Below are positions 50,899 through 55,756 of a stretch of 55,756 bases of DNA, piece by piece; positions within the stretch are counted from its first letter, which is position 1, and each line of letters starts with the position of its first letter. The position numbers and the translations under genes are program-made. Source of the stretch: Octopus sinensis (Eukaryota); the NCBI RefSeq assembly GCF_006345805.1, contig NW_021833756.1:1-55756 (forward strand), read 5' to 3'. The notes below the pieces were generated by a model. That model saw only the letters and a program-made list of their open reading frames with translations, was not told where the DNA came from and did no database searches.

Positions 50899-51370
50899 TG
50901 TATGTGTGGGTATATATATATATATATATATAGGTATGTATCTGTATGTAGGAGTATATATATGTGTGTGTGTGTGTGTATGTGTATATGTATATATATG
51001 TATATATATATGTATATATGTATATATATATATATGTATATTTATTGGTGTATATATATAGACTAGCCTCCTAAAGTGTAGACATGAATCTGTAGGTACG
51101 AGTACGTATGTGTATATACGTGAACGTATGTAGATGTTTGTATGTATGAATATAACGCGTGCGTACGTGTATGTGTATGAGTGTACGAATGGGTGTATGT
51201 ACGTGCTAATGAGTGTGCGTGCGGGAACGAGTACTTGCCTTCTAGTAGACAGACAATTTGGACATGCTGCCATCGCCAGGATCCTTAGCTCTAGCGATCA
51301 AAGATACAAAAGTAATAAATGAAGATAATAAAATTAAAATTAGGAATGGGCCTGTATTGGATTGTGTATA

Positions 51371-51420
<50 letters not shown>

Positions 51421-51745
51421 TGTATGTGTATGTGTACGTGTAGGTATGTATAGGCACACATGTGTACGTATGTGTGTGTGTATGTATATGTTTATTTATG
51501 TATGTGCACACATTTTATTTTTTTATTTTTTTATTTTTTTATTTTTTTATTTTTATTTTTATTTTTTTTTTTATTTTTTATTTTTATCTTTTTATTTATC
51601 TATTCTTTCACCTAACTGTTACCACTGACTCCTTGACCACTCCCCCAAGTATGATATTTTGCCCTATGCCTACCCCCAAAAAGTCCCCCACCACCACTCC
51701 TTAAACCTGCCTAAATGTATAATGCTAATACAATTCTTGTTAAAT

Positions 51746-51796
51746 AGCTTCCTGAAGATTTCTCTTGAATGAAACAGTACTAGTCCTGTAGAAGCT
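51746..51796 (+). ncRNA. Predicted type I hammerhead ribozyme (right copy)
   Basis: AGCTTC-CTGAAGA-T[TTC tctt GAA]T-GAA-[ACAG tactagtc CTGT]-A-GAAGCT: stem I 6 bp, CUGANGA core, stem II 3 bp, GAAA, stem III 4 bp, GUA cleavage triplet (after 51790). Confidence 0.78.
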
Positions 51797-52155
51797 CCTT
51801 CTATATAATAAATTAATTTTACTCTGCTATGTATTGAGTACCTTACTTACTGTGGTTAACCCCGGATCAACCCGGGACCTACATATTTATCTATATATAT
51901 ATTTATATATAGATATATATATATAGATATATATATATATATTTCAAAATAGAAAATTACCCTTTAACAGGCAATTTTTACATGCTAGAAATAGCAGCAA
52001 AGATTGCTACGATCCATTATTTTCTGGCAAATTTTGAAGTACATGAAAAATAAAGACCTTTATCTTTTATATATGTTATATATATATACTCTACATATAT
52101 ATATATACAACACACACACATATGTATAGATATATAGATATATGATATATAAATT

Positions 52156-52208
<53 letters not shown>

Positions 52209-52226
52209 ATATACATAAATATATAA

Positions 52227-52328
<102 letters not shown>

Positions 52329-52964
52329 ATATAGGCGTAGGAGTGGCTGTGTGGTAAGTAGCTTGTCTACCAACCACATGGTTGCGGGTTCAGTCCCACT
52401 GAGTGTGTATCTGTGTGTCTGTGTTTGTCCCCTAGCATTGCTTGACAACCGATACTGGTGTGCTTATGTCCCCGATCGGCAAGAGAGACCGATAGAATAA
52501 GTACTGGGATTGCAAAAGAATAAGTCCCGGGGTCGAGTTGCTCGACTAATGGCGGTGCTCCAGCATGGCCGCAGTCAAATGACTGAAACAAGTAAAAGAA
52601 AAGAATAAAAGAATATATATATGTACCAGTTTCGCACTAGGGTCGATGTAATCGACTTAATGCCTTTGTCTGTCCTTGTTTGTCCCCTCTATGTTTAGCC
52701 CCTTGTGGGTAGTAAATATATAGATATATAGATATTTCAAAATAGAAAATTACGCTTTAACAGGTAATTTCTACATGCTAGAAGTAGCAGCAAAATCTTG
52801 GCACGATCCATTATTTTCTGGCAAATTATGAAGTCCCGCAGAGATGTATGTATATGTGCATGTACAAGTATTAATACATACATTTTTATACTTATTTACG
52901 TGTATATATACACGTGTTAGCATATATGTATATCTATCTATACACACACACACACACACACACC

Positions 52965-53015
<51 letters not shown>

Positions 53016-53390
53016 AGTCTGTATATATGTATGAATGTGTGTATGTATGCATGTATCTATCTATCTAACTATCTATCAATCTATCCATATATATATACAT
53101 ACATACATACACATATACGCGCACATACACACACACAAATATATATATATACATTTATACATACATACAAACATATATACATGCATACATACATATGTGC
53201 ATACACATACACATACGCACACACACATATATATTTATAATACACACACATGTATAAATGCACATTTAGAAACACATTCATACACACGGCGTATGTAGAT
53301 GTATGTATGAATGTATGTATTCTTAGAAATATGTTACATATACACACACGTTTATATATATGTACACACATACGTACATACATATCTATA

Positions 53391-53439
<49 letters not shown>

Positions 53440-53478
53440 ACACACATACGTAAATACATATCTATATGTATGTAATAT

Positions 53479-53871
53479 TACTCTTTTACTTGTTTCAGTC
53501 ATTTGACTACGGCCAAGCTGGAGCACCGCCTTAGTCGAGCAACTCGACCCGGGACTTATTCTTTGTAAGCTTAGTACTTATTCTATCGGTATCTTTTGCC
53601 GAACCGCTAAGTGACGGGGACGTAAACACACTAGCATCGGTCGTCGAGCAATGTTAGGGGGACAAACACAGACACAAACACACCAACACACATATTATAA
53701 ATATATACGACAGGCTTCTTTCAGTTTCCGTCTACCAAATCCACTCACAAGGCATTGGTGGGCCCGGGGCTATAGCAGAAGGACACTTGCCCAAGATGCC
53801 ACGCAGTGGGACTGAACCCGGAGCCATGTGGCTGGTTAGCAAGCTACTTACCACACAGCCACTCCTGCGAC
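53479..53871 (-). mobile_element. Full-length tRNA-derived SINE (paralog of 36030-36431)
   Basis: Same head, body and tail as 36030-36431. Confidence 0.87.
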
Positions 53872-53996
53872 TATATTCATTTTTTGCATGAACACAGCTG
53901 AGACGCCGTACACTCACACATGTATGTGCATATATACACATAAATATATATGTTATATATGCAATAGAATATGCACGCATATGTATGTATAAGTTT

Positions 53997-54028
<32 letters not shown>

Positions 54029-54130
54029 ATTAATCAATATGGGTGGCAAAAAAATTTTGTAGAATTTTTTTGCCACCAGCGGCCTAGTTGGAAAAAATTA
54101 AATAGTCATAGACCATTTTTAAGTTCAACC

Positions 54131-54358
54131 ATCACAATCAAGGAACGGCCATAATAGGCCATTCACCCACTAGAAATAACAGCCAAAGCTTCAACCGCAA
54201 ATAAACATCAATTCCGTAAACCAGGAGAAAATTTTAAAAAAATTACAGGGTAAAGTTTTTTAATTCTCCTGGTTTACGGAATTGATGTTTATTTGCGTTG
54301 AAGCTTGGCTGTTATTTCTAGTGGGTGAATGGCCTATTATGGCCGTTCCTTGATTGTG

Positions 54359-54360
<2 letters not shown>
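54131..54360. repeat. Inverted repeat, ~100-bp arms, ~20-30-bp spacer
   Basis: ATCACAATCAAGGAACGGCCATAATAGGCC.. at 54131 and its reverse complement ending at 54360. Confidence 0.9.
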
Positions 54361-54429
<69 letters not shown>

Positions 54430-54535
54430 GATGTATGAAACGTATGTGTGTACATATATATAAACGTGTGTGTATATGTAACATATTTCTAAGAATAGAT
54501 ACATTCATACATACATCTACATATATATATATATG

Positions 54536-55756
54536 TAGACGGAGACCCGGGGAAGAGGTTAGAGGGAGGAAGAAGAACTAAAAGAAGGATGTGAAAGAGC
54601 TAAAGGAAGAGCTCAGCGGACCAAAGGGTGAAAACAACCAGGAATGGAATGGAACTGCAAAGGATGGAAAACAAACAGCGCACACGGGTGTGTAGGTTCT
54701 ACCTGAGAGGTACCTGCTGGCATGGAAAGGAAGGTGCAGGCTGCCGCTTTGCACATCGGGGACCCTGCCCGCAGAGACACGAGGCAGATGGACAAGCCAT
54801 CAACACAAGGGAAAAGGAAGGTCCACGCACCACATGCCTCAAGCGGAGGGTACGCAGATGTTGTGCGTGCCACAAACCGCAAACATGATGTTGTTAAAAA
54901 GGCAGCTGCTGAGCAGCAATCTTTTTTGTGCATGGCACAAAAGATTGTACAGCAGCTGACCTGGCTTCATCAAACCCAAGCCCGCAGGTGGGACTACCCA
55001 CTATATACAAGACCACCACAGGCAAACAGACCCAGGATGGACACCGCCGGGCAACAACATACACCTCACCTCGATTATCCTACTGAACATCAGAGGGCTG
55101 CAAACACTCAGTAACAGGACAAAGATCCCGTTCTTGAGAGACTTTGTTGCATGCAATCAAAGCCTTATGCATAGCCACTTACAGAAACGCACCCTGAAAC
55201 CGGACATAGCAGATGCGGAGTTACACATACCACAGTATGTTGTACTAGGACCGACAGAAAAGAAAGGAGTCATGGAGGGAGGAGTTGCTATGTACATCCG
55301 TGAGGACCCACACCCCAGGTCATCTTGTCATACTCAAACTCGGTGTGTGGACACACTAATTGTACATATAAGGCAACTTGATGTAGTTGTGTGTGCTACA
55401 TATCGCCTCCAGATGCCCCAAGCCATGTGGGCAAGTTTGAAGACTGCCTTATAAAAATAGAAGAAGTTCTAATCACATCCTAGAACAACACATAAGTGTA
55501 CTTCTTATGGCGGGAGGACTTCAATCTACCCAAGTCAGATGGGGCCCGCGGGGCCTTTCTCTCCCAGGAATGACAAGATGTGAACGAGGACAGGCGAGGT
55601 CCCTCCTGAACCTCATCACCCGCACCCTGTACATGGAGCAAGTAATACCTCCAACCAACCAGGGCAGGTAAGGTAACACTGGATCTCTACTTCACAAATA
55701 ATATGGATCTCATCCATAATGTGAAAGTGACACCGACACTACTCTCGGATCACAAC
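54536..55756 (+). mobile_element. 5' portion of a second CR1-like LINE (ORF1 remnant with CCCH finger + APE endonuclease), decayed, running off the right edge
   Basis: CRFYLRGTCWHGKEGAGCRFAH; then LLNIRGLQTLSNRTKIPFLRD, GGVAMYIRE, GDFNLP-like, TLDLYFTNN..LLSDHN. It begins right after (TA)n. Confidence 0.88.

Larger units (their letters stand above)
47447..51882. mobile_element. 4.4-kb non-coding palindromic element (arms ~2.2 kb, centre ~49655) with terminal hammerheads; Penelope-like/retrozyme-like
   Basis: The arms are reverse complements. The right arm has a ~65-nt extra tail. The 16-bp direct repeat ATATTTATCTATATAT flanks it (47431-47446, 51883-51898). The interior is microsatellite. 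Confidence 0.7.

Noticed and set aside
48037-51273. Numerous YI/HT/CV-rich ORFs (also at 8-9, 14, 22-23, 28-30, 35-36, 46-47, 52-53 kb)
   Set aside because: These are translations of (TA)n/(CA)n/(TACA)n microsatellites, which lack stop codons. No domain signal.
51860-51882. CCCGG/CCGGG hairpin resembling a Helitron terminator
   Set aside because: No CTRR terminus follows. It lies in the tail of the hammerhead palindrome.

Overview
Eukaryotic, repeat-dense DNA with no intact host gene. The tRNA-like SINEs, TTAGGG repeats and dense (TA)n/(CA)n microsatellites suggest an animal, probably an octopus (inference from recalled SINE consensus, not a database search). In order: a 6.8-kb 34-bp satellite and a 15-bp minisatellite; a 5'-truncated CR1-type LINE; a ~6.6-kb inverted duplication whose arms end in head-to-head (TTAGGG)n/(CCCTAA)n tracts around a 1.25-kb spacer with EGF-like and Death-domain-like exon remnants; a decayed RTE LINE; a full-length CR1-like LINE with an unusual Myb/SANT-polyQ-2xCCCH ORF1; a decayed Helitron interrupted by a LINE and abutted by a mini-Helitron; a spacerless SINE palindrome; a 4.4-kb non-coding palindrome with a predicted hammerhead ribozyme at each outer end (Penelope/retrozyme-like); and the 5' part of another CR1-like LINE. 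Two diverged paralogous blocks (~27.7-36.6 kb and ~46.1-54.0 kb) give filled and empty sites for two insertions. Most ORFs in the supplied track are repeat or microsatellite artefacts. Element boundaries within microsatellites are approximate.
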